Below are positions 11,626 through 24,066 of a stretch of DNA of 64,000 nt, in pieces. The stretch lies in NCBI RefSeq assembly GCF_009914755.1, contig NC_060930.1; one strand, given 5' to 3'. The notes under the pieces are model-generated. The model did no database searches, was not told the origin of the DNA, and worked only from the letters and a program-made list of their open reading frames with translations. Source of the DNA: the human T2T-CHM13v2.0 reference genome, Homo sapiens. Positions within the stretch are counted from its first letter, which is position 1. The number at the start of each line of letters is the position of its first letter. The position numbers and the translations under genes were made by a program.

Positions 11626-14140
11626 TAGCTCACTCCAGGTATTAGAGCTACCTAACAAAAAGTCATGCTGATCCTGAACTTCCAAGTGACAGTAGAAATG
11701 AAACTGATATGGCTGCAGAAATGCCAGGGCTAAGCGAGTGACACAGACATGTTATAGCAAAAGGCCAGGGCCAACTGTTAATTTGTCCACAATTAAGAAA
11801 CACAGACTTAAACTACCATATAAAATCTTACATGTAAACTCTGTAACAGTACTGTGCTAGGTACAAGATTTTAAAATTTTTTCATTTAATAAAAAAGCTT
11901 TACACAAACAAGCCATTAGTTTATTTCGAGAAAGAAAACCAAAAATTAGTCTAAGGCCTTTGTTTTAAATCAGCTTAAGCTATATCATCTATATATATAT
12001 TTTAATCGCACCAGACCTTTTTTTGCTATCCTCTTTCTGAAGTTTTTGGATCCATTCTTCAATTCACATTCTAAAATACATATATTAGGACAGTGTTCAC
12101 ATAGCACCAGTTGAGTACTGTGCAAACACAGTAATGATTGCTGGTACACACATAAAATGCATCAAAAATTGCTATATGTAACAATGAGATCACCCATCCC
12201 AACCCCTCCCCACTGACACAGAAAACTATATAACCTCTTACAGAATGTTAGTGTTCAAAGTCTTAGTGTAACTTGATATCTTAGTGAGCTGCTTGGTCCC
12301 TTTCAATCCTTTTTCTTAGCGACGGGTTCAGTTGTTTTTCCTACTGGAAGAGGCAGTTTTCTGTCAGCATCTCAATACATAGTTTATTTCCCACTGAAAC
12401 ATGGGATAGGTAATTTATTTCCAGTAAGTTCGCTTGTTTTCTTACATGCATTAAACATGTTTTAAAGTCTTCTTTGACTTTTCTTGATGACTTCCCTTGC
12501 CAATGTTTATGTCAGTACTGCCACTAACAGCCTGAAGTCCATGGTGGGGCTGCTATTTTATTTCTCACATGTCACTAGTCCTTCTGTTTTCATAGTTACA
12601 GGAAGGGCAGTAGCTGAAGGCACACTGACAACCACTACATGGGTCACTGTCTTATTTCCATCAGCCAGTTTTTCTTCTACGAACTGCAAAGTTTCCACAT
12701 CACGTTCTTGCTTTTTTGCCACTGCTTTTGATTTAACCTCCGGCCCCTGTATGACTACACCGATAACTCGAGGAGGAGTCTGCCCAGATGCCTGCTGAGG
12801 AGGCACTGATAGTCTCATTACGGCTGTACCATGGGCTATTGAGACAGGGGTAACGGCTCTCACAGCCAATGGAGCTCCAACAATGTGAATGCTTCCTGAT
12901 CCAGTCAGATTTGACTTTGCAGTTGACACTGAGCGAGCTGTGTAGCTGGGATGGAAATAATTTGGGGACACTGCATGGTGATTTTGTTTCCGTTTTCGGT
13001 AGAAGCTGGCATCACAGTAGGGATTGCCTGAATGACTGCCTTTGGAGAGGTGGCTGTTGTTGGACTAGTGCTGATTATTAATGGTGCACCTGCACTATTT
13101 GACTGAACTGCCACAGCTGAAATTTTCTGGCCCAATGACGTCATTACAACAGGTACTTGCATTGCCACACGAACTGTCCTTGGAGCTGCTGTTGCTGATA
13201 CAGATGCAGTGATAGCAGGAGACCTGGATGAAGCATCATGACCAGGGGAAGTGATACTCACAAATCTAGCCACACCCTTCTCTGCTCTGGAGCAGTTTAT
13301 AGGGGATGAATTTCTTCCACCATGAACAGAGGATGCTGCTTTCAGGAGACTTTCTGCAGACAGTGACATTGTTCTAATAATTTTTCATCCATAGCTCCTG
13401 CTAAGTCTTCATTACAGGTTTCATTTTTTTATCGTCTATGACCACTATGTTTTTCGGCATATCCTTGAACTGATATACAAGCCTCTGTCCTTCAATCTTT
13501 GCAAGAATTCCCCTTTGGTAATAGTATCTCAAAGCTCGTCCCATGGTTTCATAGTTCACGTCTGGTTTGTTCTTATGCTTTCCCCAAAGCTTAGAGACAG
13601 CTTTTGAATCCACCAGCTTGAATATGCCTTTTTCTCTCTGAGGCCATTTAATATACCGGGGACAAGTATTTTTATCTTGAAGTAGATCTAAAAGAAACTC
13701 CCACAAATAGGTTGTGTTTCCTTTTCCTTCTCTCAGTTTCTTTATACCTAACTCAGGAGATCCACTGGAAATTGGTGATTGCTGGGTCTTTGGTTTATGG
13801 CCAACTGTTTTCTTTTTCCTTGGTTCACAGCTATCTGGTGATGTAGGAATAGGAGAGGTATCCATTGGTTCAGACTCTTCAGTTGACGCCTCCACTGTAG
13901 TTTCTGTAATGACATCTGGCCTCATAGCAGCATGGATAAATTCTGGAGTTGATACACAGGAGGGACAAATACTTCCACAGGACTTCTCGAATCCCTCACG
14001 CAGGTAGGAGATTCCACATGAAGCAGGGCTTCAGCAGCTTCGACTGTCTTATCTGTACAGTGTACATTACTGCTGTGAGCAGATGCTTCCACCCCCGAGA
14101 TGAGCAGATCCAGCTGGTTCATGGGTCCCTCATGCAGAGA

Positions 14141-14453
14141 CGTTGCCACGTTCATCCCGGGGCTGGAGCTGCTGCTTCACACTGACTTACACGGTGAGCA
14201 GCGGCGGCAGGGGAGGAGGTGGAACCCGCGGCGAGCTGCTGCTTCACACTGACTTACACCGTGAGCAGCGGCGGCAGGGGAGGAGGTGGAACCCGCGGCC
14301 GGAGACACACGCCGTGGGGTCGGTCAACACACACTCACGCACTTGCACACGCTCCAAGGCCCGGAAGGAAGCTGAGGCCGGCCCGCCTCCCGCCAAAGGG
14401 CCGAGGAATCCCGCCACCTAACGGCAGGGGCAGGGGCCACAGCTGGCAACGCC
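14141..14453. promoter_or_regulatory. CpG-rich 5' end of the ELF2 retrocopy (candidate inherited promoter)
   Basis: About 28 CpG in about 315 bp by manual count, GC boxes (cccgcc) and an ETS core ccggaag at 14361. Confidence 0.5.
14166..14299. repeat. 67-bp tandem duplication
   Basis: 14166-14232 vs 14233-14299, 66/67 identical. Confidence 0.97.
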
Positions 14454-14480
14454 TACTTTAATTTTAAAAATAATCACTGG

Positions 14481-14770
14481 GGCCTGGAGCAGCGGCTCTC
14501 GCCTGTAATCCCAGCACTTTGGGAGGCCGAGGTGGGCAGATCACCTGAGGTCAGGAGTTCGAGTCCAGCCTGGCCAACATGGTGAAACCCCGTCTCTACT
14601 AAAAATACAAAAATTAACTGGGCCTGGTTGTGTATGCCTGTAATCTCAGGTACTCAGGAGGCTGAGGCAGGAGAATCGCTTCAACCGGAAGGCAGAGGTT
14701 GCAGTGAGCCGGGATCATGCCACTGCATTCTAGCCTGGGCAACAGAGCAAGACCGTCTAAAAAAAGAAAA
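14481..14770 (+). mobile_element. AluSx-like, full length
   Basis: Dimeric Alu with degenerate TSD aaaaat(a/c)atca. Confidence 0.95.
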
Positions 14771-14829
14771 AATCATCAGGGAATACATTTTGTGCCATAT
14801 GTATTGGGTGAATTAAGGAAAGGCTCCTT

Positions 14830-15010
14830 ATGTGATAGTTCATTTATGCCTCACCATCACCTCCTAAGATAAGGAATAGCAGACAATTTTCCAGAGGAAG
14901 AAATGAGGTTTAGAAGGAATGTAATTTTAAAGTCACATGACCAGCAGGTCCCAGACCCTGTATTGAAACCTGAGTATATCTGGCTTATGTTCTTCCTACT
15001 GCATATGCTA
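14830..15010 (-). mobile_element. MIR fragment
   Basis: ttttccagaggaagaaatgaggtttagaagg...aagtcacatgaccagcag. Confidence 0.6.
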
Positions 15011-17003
15011 TATCTTCCAGGAAGAAAAAAGTATTTACAGTGTCCTAAAAGGTCGTCATAGTTGGAAAGGACCTTATGGATAATCCAGGCAGAAGTCTCT
15101 CCCTTTTTACATTAAGCTATATAAAGTCTTAAACGGAACTAAGGCTCAATTATGTTAACTGAAAGACGTTATCCCGTCGTGTGATCCAAGATGACCCTAG
15201 CGGTGCTCGGAAGTTGCTTTGCCGGGCAGCAGCCGTTCGCCAGTCCCCTCCTTGGCCCCAAGCCCCCCGGTGACTGTCATATGGCCTCACACTTATCTCA
15301 TGAGCTACATTGTTACAGATTTTAATAATGTAACATCCTTCTATGACGGATGTGCAAAAGCAGGCATCAGAAACCATTGACATTTATTATCATTGTCTGT
15401 TACTATCACTAGGAAAGTTGGAAGCTGTCGTTTTTAATGCAGATAAATCGGGTCTAAATGTCTGAACCCCCTTTACTCAAAGCTCTGCTGAAGTGAAGCA
15501 CATATTAAATAGTGTTTCTAAATGACCATTGACCTGGCATTTCCCCAATCAAAGATGGTTTTTTGTTATTTATTTTTAATTATGTCACATCTATGAAACA
15601 CAATTTGCCAAAAGCAAGCCCTTCAGCGACCTCTGAGCGCTGAGTTCTGATGGCACAGGAGGGAGCCCTGTAACAATCGTGTGTGTTTTCCATGATCCCA
15701 GAGGACTGCCCTCCAGCTCTGCAGAGAAGTCTCCTCTGCAGCACGAGGGGCCCACCAGCCTCGAGGCACAGAGGAGACCAGAGCACATCTACACTCAGGT
15801 CTGGTGCTCTGGCCAGAAGCAGAGGCTGCCAATTGTACTCAGCCATACTTAATTAAGTAATAGTTTTATGAGGTGGACGGCAATACCCCAGGGGCCAACT
15901 CAAGGCCACAGGATTTATTGAGCTCTAACTGCAAACCGACAGTCCCCAGCATGCACACAACAGAGTCTGTATTACGAGAAAGTTAGTGTTGCGAGAGAAT
16001 TCTTTCCAGGGAAAGTGAGGTGCCCATTCTTCATTTGCTAGCAGGTTCTCTGCTCCGTGAAGCACCAGCACTTCCAACAGGAGCCTGGGTGGACACACCG
16101 TGCAGAATGAAAGATGGGGAGCAATGACCTGAAAGCATGCGTGGGGTTTGCCTGGTCAAGAGAGGCAGGAAGTGGTGGCTTCTAAAGAGGAAGCACCTTC
16201 ACAAGCAATAACCAACAGCAGTGGGATTTCGGTGGGGGAACAACTGAGGACAAGACAGGTCAGGCAAGGGTGTGATAATTAACTATGGTTTCAAGAAGGA
16301 GAGGGCCAGAGCCAGTCACCTGTCCCCAGGTGTCACTGTAACTCCACCCCTCCATCAGCCAAATCAGCGCCAGGAAGCAGGAATGAGTGATGCAGGCAGC
16401 CGAAGGGGCCACTCACCCCTGGATCTCCGTATCTAGCTGTTTAGCTGTGGGGAACGTTATTGAACGCGGATTTTAAGACACACAAAATACTCCGCTGTAA
16501 ATCCAAAGAAACACATTCGTAGACTTACAAGTTTACAGATTCTAGCCCATACAGGAGTCAGAAAGTCCATGAGAACCTGGAAGCACCTGCCTGTTTAGAT
16601 TTTGTCCTTCATCTTTTCTGCCGTCACCCTTGGGTAGCTCTCCCAGCAAGACCACTGGAAGAAAGACTGAACTTAAAGCAGTTGTTTCCTTGGAATACTT
16701 ATAAAAATATGAAGGCTTTGTGTGTTCTTTTTAAAAATGTGTAACATTGCAACCTGATTCAAAGCAAACACATAAAAAAACACAAGGCTGATAGGTAAGA
16801 AAAAGACCTTAATGAGGGATCCTTAGAGATGTTCATGTATTGAAGCCAGTGGGTCAAGGCAGAGACCCTTTGAGGCCCTTGCAGGAACTGGTTAGTGCTG
16901 AGCATAGTGGCCATCCCTTCTAGCTTGCCCAGGGCAGTATCATTTTATCCTGCTGTCCCGGGGTCATCATTAACACCATCCCCTTTCAGATTGAAAGGCA
17001 TTC

Positions 17004-17524
17004 TGTAACCACAGAACTAGTTCAAACCGATTCAACCCTGTCAGTAACAAAATGTAATGAAATGTGAGCTGTTTTTCAGTGCAACAGACCCCCAGATTAC
17101 AAGTCATATAATCTGAGTGTGCCAGATGAACTAAGCAAGCCCTATCCATGCTGGCCAGAACATAAAAGCCAACCACAGGTGGAACCAAAATATTCAGGCT
17201 GCAGAACAGAGAGCAAATTAAGAAGCAAGAGGTGCCCTGTTTTGTTGCAGTACAGACTTTACAGCCAAGGGCCCATCATTGCCCCTTTGCATGACCCAGT
17301 TGGATCCCACCTTGCGGCATCTTCCTGTCTCCCCCATAGTTACCCTCTGCCTATAAAACCTGCCCCCAGACTTTGGCTGGGGGAGATGGATATGAGCGTC
17401 CTCTCCAGTCTCTTTGCCAGTCCATTCACAATAAGGCTTTTTCTTTTCTCAAAAGCCCATGCCATAGCATTGGTGTCTATGTGTGTTGGGAAGCAAGCCA
17501 ATGACGATCCCAGTTTGGACAACA
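17004..17524 (+). mobile_element. ERV1-class LTR (MER4-group-like) followed by a short internal remnant
   Basis: TG...CA termini (tgtaacc...gacaaca), TATA-like ctataaaa, poly-A-like aataag, and a PBS-like sequence after 17524. Confidence 0.75.
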
Positions 17525-18001
17525 AATTCTGTAGTCATCTGGAGCTGGGAATCAGACCTGGAGCTCTGACAGCTTCTCATCCTCCAGGTGAAGGTTCCAG
17601 CAACGACCACCAGCCTGGTGCCCTCGATTGGCCTTGGTTCCAAAGCGGGCAGTGGTGATTAACAGTCCGAGGCACACTGGAGGTCCGAAGCCATGTCAGC
17701 TCCTGTGCTGGCCTGAGTAGCCGTGTCTGCCCCACGTGACCGGGAAGTCAAACACTCAGCCTCCCTGGCATCTGCCCCAGGCCCATCCGGATGGATGGCA
17801 TCATGGTGATGGGAGGAAGCACTCCCCACTTTGTGACCTGAAGGTCAAGACAGTGCTCTTTCCCAGCCCAGCTAAGGAGTCCTCTTTAACCTTGTAACAG
17901 CCATCAGTCTACTTGGTTGTCATGGAAACACAAACCAAAGATCCCTCTTTCTCATTAGGATCCCATCACATTCCGGCGTCTTAGGGAGAAGCTTTGGGAA
18001 T

Positions 18002-18170
18002 AGCCAGGCGTCATGGTGGTGAGCACCTGCAGTCCCAGCTGACTCAGGAGGCTGAGGCAAGAGGATCGCCTGAGGCCAGGAGTTCTAGGCTGCAGTGAGC
18101 AATGATTGTGCTACTGCACTCCAGGCTGGGCAACAAAAAGAGACCCTATGTCTAAAAAGTAAATAAATAA
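18002..18170 (+). mobile_element. Alu monomer (FRAM-like)
   Basis: Single right-arm-type monomer with an A-rich tail. Confidence 0.88.
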
Positions 18171-18189
18171 TTTAAATTTAAAAACTAAC

Positions 18190-18575
18190 AAAGGAGTTTG
18201 TTGCTCTCTCGCATCATAGTCTAGATGAATGTTCTAGTTTGACAGGTGGTTCTGGGCCACGCAGTCATTCAGGGCCCCAGGCAGAGAGCATGTCTGCCAT
18301 CTTTGGCCCATGACTTCCAGGGTAGCTGTGGTCATTGCCACTGTTGTCAGTAAGGAGGGAGCAGTGAGGAAGGATGATGCACTCCCATTGTTTTATGGGC
18401 CCCAATATGGAAATGGCCCACATTATGGGAAGAATTTAGCTAAGTTGGCCCAAGTACTGCAGAGAGGACTGGGAGAGGTTGTACCTGGTTGGTATCCAGA
18501 TCCCAGGTAGAATTTATTTTTATGAATGAGGGTTAGAGTGGATGTTGGCTTACAACTAGCATTTTCCATCACAAA
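18190..18575 (-). mobile_element. MLT1-type MaLR LTR
   Basis: cagtcattcagggccccaggcagagagca...catgacttccagggtagctgtgg. Confidence 0.6.
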
Positions 18576-19259
18576 GGTGATACTTCCTTCCCCTCAGGCT
18601 GTTGCAACAAGTAGCTTACAGTAAATGTGCCCAGCACACACTGGTATTCAAGAAATGGGAACTCTTCCTCTTCCTATTTCTAACATGCTCTTGTCTGGTC
18701 TCGAGTCTGTAAATACCCTCCCTATGCTGGTCATTTCCAAAATTACATGACTCCTTCTAAATTCTCCCCTGAGCTCCAGCTCTAAATATCCAACTGACCC
18801 CTTGTCGTACCCACTTGGATATGTAATAGACACCTCAAATTTAGTATGTGCATACGTTGAAATTTTTCAAATCATGCATTTTAAATATGTGTAGTTTATT
18901 GTGTGTCGATTATACCTCAATGAAATGGTTTTGAAATAATGGTATGGACAAAAAGGAGCACTTGCTTTTCCCCCTGAAAGAGACCCTTCCCCAGTTGCCA
19001 TCATTTCAGCAAATGGCACGACACAGTTGCCCATTTCAAAACTTGAGGTCTCCTCCTTGGGTCCTTTCCCCTCCCTACTCCCACATTCAACCTGTGGCAG
19101 TCCTGTCTGTGCCATATCGCAGGCCGCCTGCTTCTCCCCACTCATAGCCACGGCCCTGGCCGGGGCTGCCAGCATCTTGTGCTCAGTTCCTGCAACAGCC
19201 TGCCTGCTGGGACCCTGTCTCCACACTTGCAGCCTTCCAGTCCCATCTCTGTGTGTGTA

Positions 19260-20425
<1,166 letters not shown>

Positions 20426-20944
20426 TCCTTTAAAACATAAATCAGATCTAGTCATCTCCCACTTTACCCTCTTATCATGGCTTTCCACTGCATTTAGAAT
20501 GCAATCGGTCTCCTTCTCTGGTTACTAGCTACCTCCAAACCACCTCTCAGCACTTCCCTGCTGGCTCCCTGAGCAACCCCTAGGGCTCCTTTCTCTTCAG
20601 AGGCACCAAGCTCCTGCCCAGCTCTCCCTCCCAGCCCTGACCATCGCAGCACAAAGAGGTCTTCCCTGACTGCCTGAGCTATCCGCCTTAGGAAAAGGCC
20701 TGGCATTATTCTCGGTGCCTCATCTTATTTATCACGACCTTACAATCTTGGTTGCTCTTATCACTTTGCTCTTTCACACCATCTCCCTTTTCACACAGCT
20801 CCTCAATGCAGGTGTCTTGCCTGTTTTGCTTATGATACCTGATGTCTGCTCACAGCAGGCTGAAGTAAGTATGAGTTAAATGAATGAATTAATCTTCTAT
20901 TACTCTCCTGTCACTATCACCACTACTTCTGCTCCTACCATTTC

Positions 20945-21210
20945 TACTATTTATTGAGAATCTCTATGTGCCAGGCACTGTGCTGGGCAACTTCACATAC
21001 ATTAATACCCTCAAAATCTCTGAAAATCAGGCACGTTGTCCAAACTGGGATCGTCATTTTCAGTCTCTGAAAATCAGGCAAAATCTCTGAAAATACGGAA
21101 TGAGCATGCCCATTCCATAGATATGTCTCAGGTTATTAAGAAACATGTCTAAGGTGGCAGAGTATAATAGCAGAAAAATCCAAATCTTTCCACCTCCAGA
21201 GCTCATAGCT
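20945..21210 (-). mobile_element. MIR carrying a complex insertion at 21028-21094
   Basis: tttattgagaatctctatgtgccaggcactgtgctggg...cccattccatagat. Confidence 0.75.
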
Positions 21211-21729
21211 TTTTTTGATGCAGGAGCTCAAAATTGGCTTTCTGCTGTTTTCGTGCAAAAGGAAAACTGACCAGGGAGATAGCAGAGGTCACCTTTAAAC
21301 TGTCCGTTGTGGAAACCTCTGGAAACAAATGCTTACACCTGTGAGGACAGCTTTCCACTGTGCCTCCCTGTGTCCCCCTCCCTTACTCAACTCATCTGAC
21401 CCTCTTCCTCCCAGCTCAAGCCCCGCCTCCTCCTCCAAGAAGCCCACCCAGCCTGTGGGTTCCCTCTCAGCCCACAGTGCTTCCTCCCTCCTTGGAGTCC
21501 CCTGAACCCCCAAGCCAGAGCTGCCTGGCTTGTCTCAGCATGGTCCCCGTCTGCTGACCAGCCACAGGGCTTAGCCTCAGTCTTCTCACCAGACTACAGA
21601 CCTGAAAAGAGAAGAAACCCCTCCACATAAAGCCAAGCAAAGACCAGAAAGCAGCAGGAAGGGAGACCAGATTTGCCTGGACGACCTCTCCAACAGACTT
21701 GCGCTCGGTTGAAACTTCCTCACTGGTCT

Positions 21730-22205
21730 GTGCACACCATGGAATGTTATTCTGCTTTAGGAAGGAAATCAGTCAAAAGCCCCGTGCTGATCAGTAGTGG
21801 GATTATGCCTGTGAACAGCCACTGTGCTCCAGCTGGGGCAACATAGCAAGACCCCATCTCATAAAAAAGGAAGGGAATCCTGTCACACATCTCAGCACGA
21901 GTGAACCTTGAGGATGTTATGCACAGATACAAGAAGACAGATACTATATCAGTCCACTCCAGGTTCCTGGAGTGGTCAAATCCACAGAAACAGAAAGTAG
22001 AATAGAGCTTGCCAGGGGCTGGAGAAGGGAAGATGGTGAGTTGGGGTTTAATGGGCAGAGTTTCTGTTTGGGACGAGGAGAAAGTCCTGATTCGGGTGGT
22101 GGTGATGGTTGCACAGCCATGTGAATGTACTTAATGCCAGTGCACTGCACACTTAAGAATGGTTAAAAGGGTGATGTTTATGGTATATATTTTACCATAC
22201 AAATA
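21730..22205 (+). mobile_element. L1MB-type 3' end
   Basis: gtgaaccttgaggatgttatgc...cagaaagtagaatagagcttgccaggggctgg...gtacttaatgcc. Confidence 0.85.
21772..21868 (+). pseudogene. 5'-truncated 7SL RNA retrocopy
   Basis: gtcaaaagccccgtgctgatcagtagtgggattatgcctgtgaacagccactg matches the 7SL 3' third, with an A tail. Confidence 0.88.
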
Positions 22206-22789
22206 ATATACGCGCGTGTGTGTGTGTATATATATTTAAATGTCATGAGTGGAGTAGGGCTCAGCTGGCAGAGGTGCACCGCCTTGCTTGGTTTCCACTC
22301 CTCTTGAAGGAAGAGGTGCTGGCATCTGCACCATTCTTAGCGTCGGCACTGCTTTGCACCCCCCGGCTGGCCAGCGCGGGATGTGGGTGGGGAAATAGCC
22401 ACTACAGTCCGGAGTCTCCCCACTCCCTCCCCAGGCCCACTTCCCCGACGAAGTTTCACTCCATTGTTCCTGGGCATCTCCAGGGGTGTCTAGTTTGAAC
22501 AAGAAAAGGAATGTTCTGGATGGCTGGTCCTGGGCGCTCACCGGGAATGAACGTGAGCCACTCTTTCGCACACAGGCCACTCTGCGTCAGCCACTCTCGG
22601 GCTGCCCCGAAGTGATGTCCTGGTGGTCCGTGGAGCACACAGGGAAGTCCAGCAGACAAACATCATCAAGGTCGGGCATTCTGTCAGCTGTATAAACCCA
22701 TTTTCTCTAAAATACTTAATGTTAACTTAGGAAAAAGGAAAAAAAAAAAACCCAGAAAAGCTGCTTCAAGCCAGCCAACGTTCCAAGTC

Positions 22790-23200
22790 TCGCAGAAGCG
22801 TGTGAAAATCCCCACGCTCAGTCGCCCTCTCCCTGCACACGCCCCGAGTCCGCGTCTCCCTCCTGTGTGAATGCAGGGAAAGCGGGAGCGCGGCGAGGGG
22901 TCTGGTGCGGACCAGCCCCCGAGCCACAGAGTGCGGGGCCCGAGCTCCGGAAGCCCAGCCTGGGCCGCGACGGCCCCAATTCCAGCAACGCTAGAGGGCG
23001 CCCGTGCCAAGCGCCCGCTCCCGGCAAGCCGCGTGCTCCCGGGTGGCCGCAACCGCGGGCCGAGGGGGCGGAGTCATGGAAACACGTGCCACGGCCTGGA
23101 TGAACCTGCAGGGCCGAACGCTCAGTGAAACCAGCCAATCACCAGAGCACAACTGCCGCGGCACTCCGCTGACCACCCACCTACCTGCCGTTCTCTTCCG
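22790..23200. promoter_or_regulatory. Orphan CpG island with a CTCF-like motif
   Basis: High GC and CpG density. acgctagagggcgcc at 22988-23002, GC box gggggcggag, E-box cacgtg and CCAAT box agccaatca. Confidence 0.7.
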
Positions 23201-23558
23201 CGTTGCCACAGAAAAATACCATAGACTGTAGCTTATAAATGACGGAAATTCAGTTCTCATTGTTCCGGATGCTGAGAAGTATGAGATCAAGGCACCGGCA
23301 GATGCGGTGCCTGGCGCAGGTCCTCTTCCTGGTTCTTGCCGTCTTTTCAGGGCACCCTCACATGGTGGGAGGGGCCGAGGATCCCTCCGGGTCTCTTTTA
23401 TAAGTCCATCAATCCCATTCAGGAGGACTCTGCCCCACCACCTGTTTGTATTGTCTCCCAAAGGCCCCACCTCCTAAGACTATCACTTTGGGGGTCAGGA
23501 TGTCAACATGTGACTTTGTGGAAAAGGGGGTGCGGCATGAACATTCAGTCCGTTGCAC
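23186..23558 (-). mobile_element. MLT1A-like MaLR LTR
   Basis: aaaataccatagactg...gatcaaggcaccggcagat...ctcccaaaggccccacctcctaa...aacattcagtccgttgca. Confidence 0.82.
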
Positions 23559-23760
23559 TGCAGTAGTCAGACTCGTGGAGACAGGAGGTAGAATGGTGGT
23601 GACGGGCTGCAGGAAGGGGGAATGGGGAGCTAGTGTTTCCTGGGGACAGAGTTTCAGTTTTGCAAGATGAAATGTTCTGAATATGGATGGTGGTGACGGC
23701 TGTGCACCATTGTGAGTATACTTAATGCCACACTGAACTGCACACTTAAAAATGTTTAAG

Positions 23761-24066
23761 GGCTGGGTGCGGTGGCTCACGCCTGTAATCCCAACACTCT
23801 GGGAGGCTGGGGCTGGGGGTGGATCACTTGAGGTCAGGAGTTTGGGACCAGCCTGGTCAACATGGTGAAACCCCGTCTCTACTAAAAATACAAAAATTAG
23901 CTGGGTGTGGTGGCACAAGCCTGTAATCCTGGCTACTGCGGAAGCTGAGGCACGAGAATCACTTGAACCCAAGAGGCGGAGGTTGCAATGAGGTGAGATT
24001 GCACCACAGCACTCCAGCCTGGGCAACATAATGAGACTCCATCTCAAAAAAAAAAAAAAAAAAAAA
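23761..24066 (+). mobile_element. AluS, full length
   Basis: Dimeric Alu with poly-A. Confidence 0.95.

Larger units (their letters stand above)
11172..14453 (-). pseudogene. ELF2P: Processed pseudogene of ELF2 (E74-like ETS factor 2; NERF-1b-type isoform)
   Basis: Four consecutive minus-strand ORFs match ELF2 as I recall it, from ATSLHEGP..NQLDLLI through the ETS domain [48 protein letters not shown] to the C-terminus MKTEGLVTCEK*. No introns. Frameshifts near 13958, 13425, 13371 and 12919. A-rich tail and candidate TSD tacttta(t/a)tttt (11160-11171, 14454-14465). CDS relic spans 12558-14155. Assigning 11172-11880 to the 3' UTR is inferred from the TSD. Confidence 0.95.

Noticed and set aside
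11213-11685. Hydrophobic F/L/S-rich ORFs resembling membrane proteins
   Set aside because: Translations of the (TTTC)n microsatellite.
12558-14155. Functional full-length ELF2 gene
   Set aside because: Intronless, four frameshifts, the expected start Met reads GTG, and there is an A-rich tail and TSD.
23409-24047. 212-aa ORF and other ORFs with [20 protein letters not shown] motifs
   Set aside because: Antisense Alu and L1 translations.
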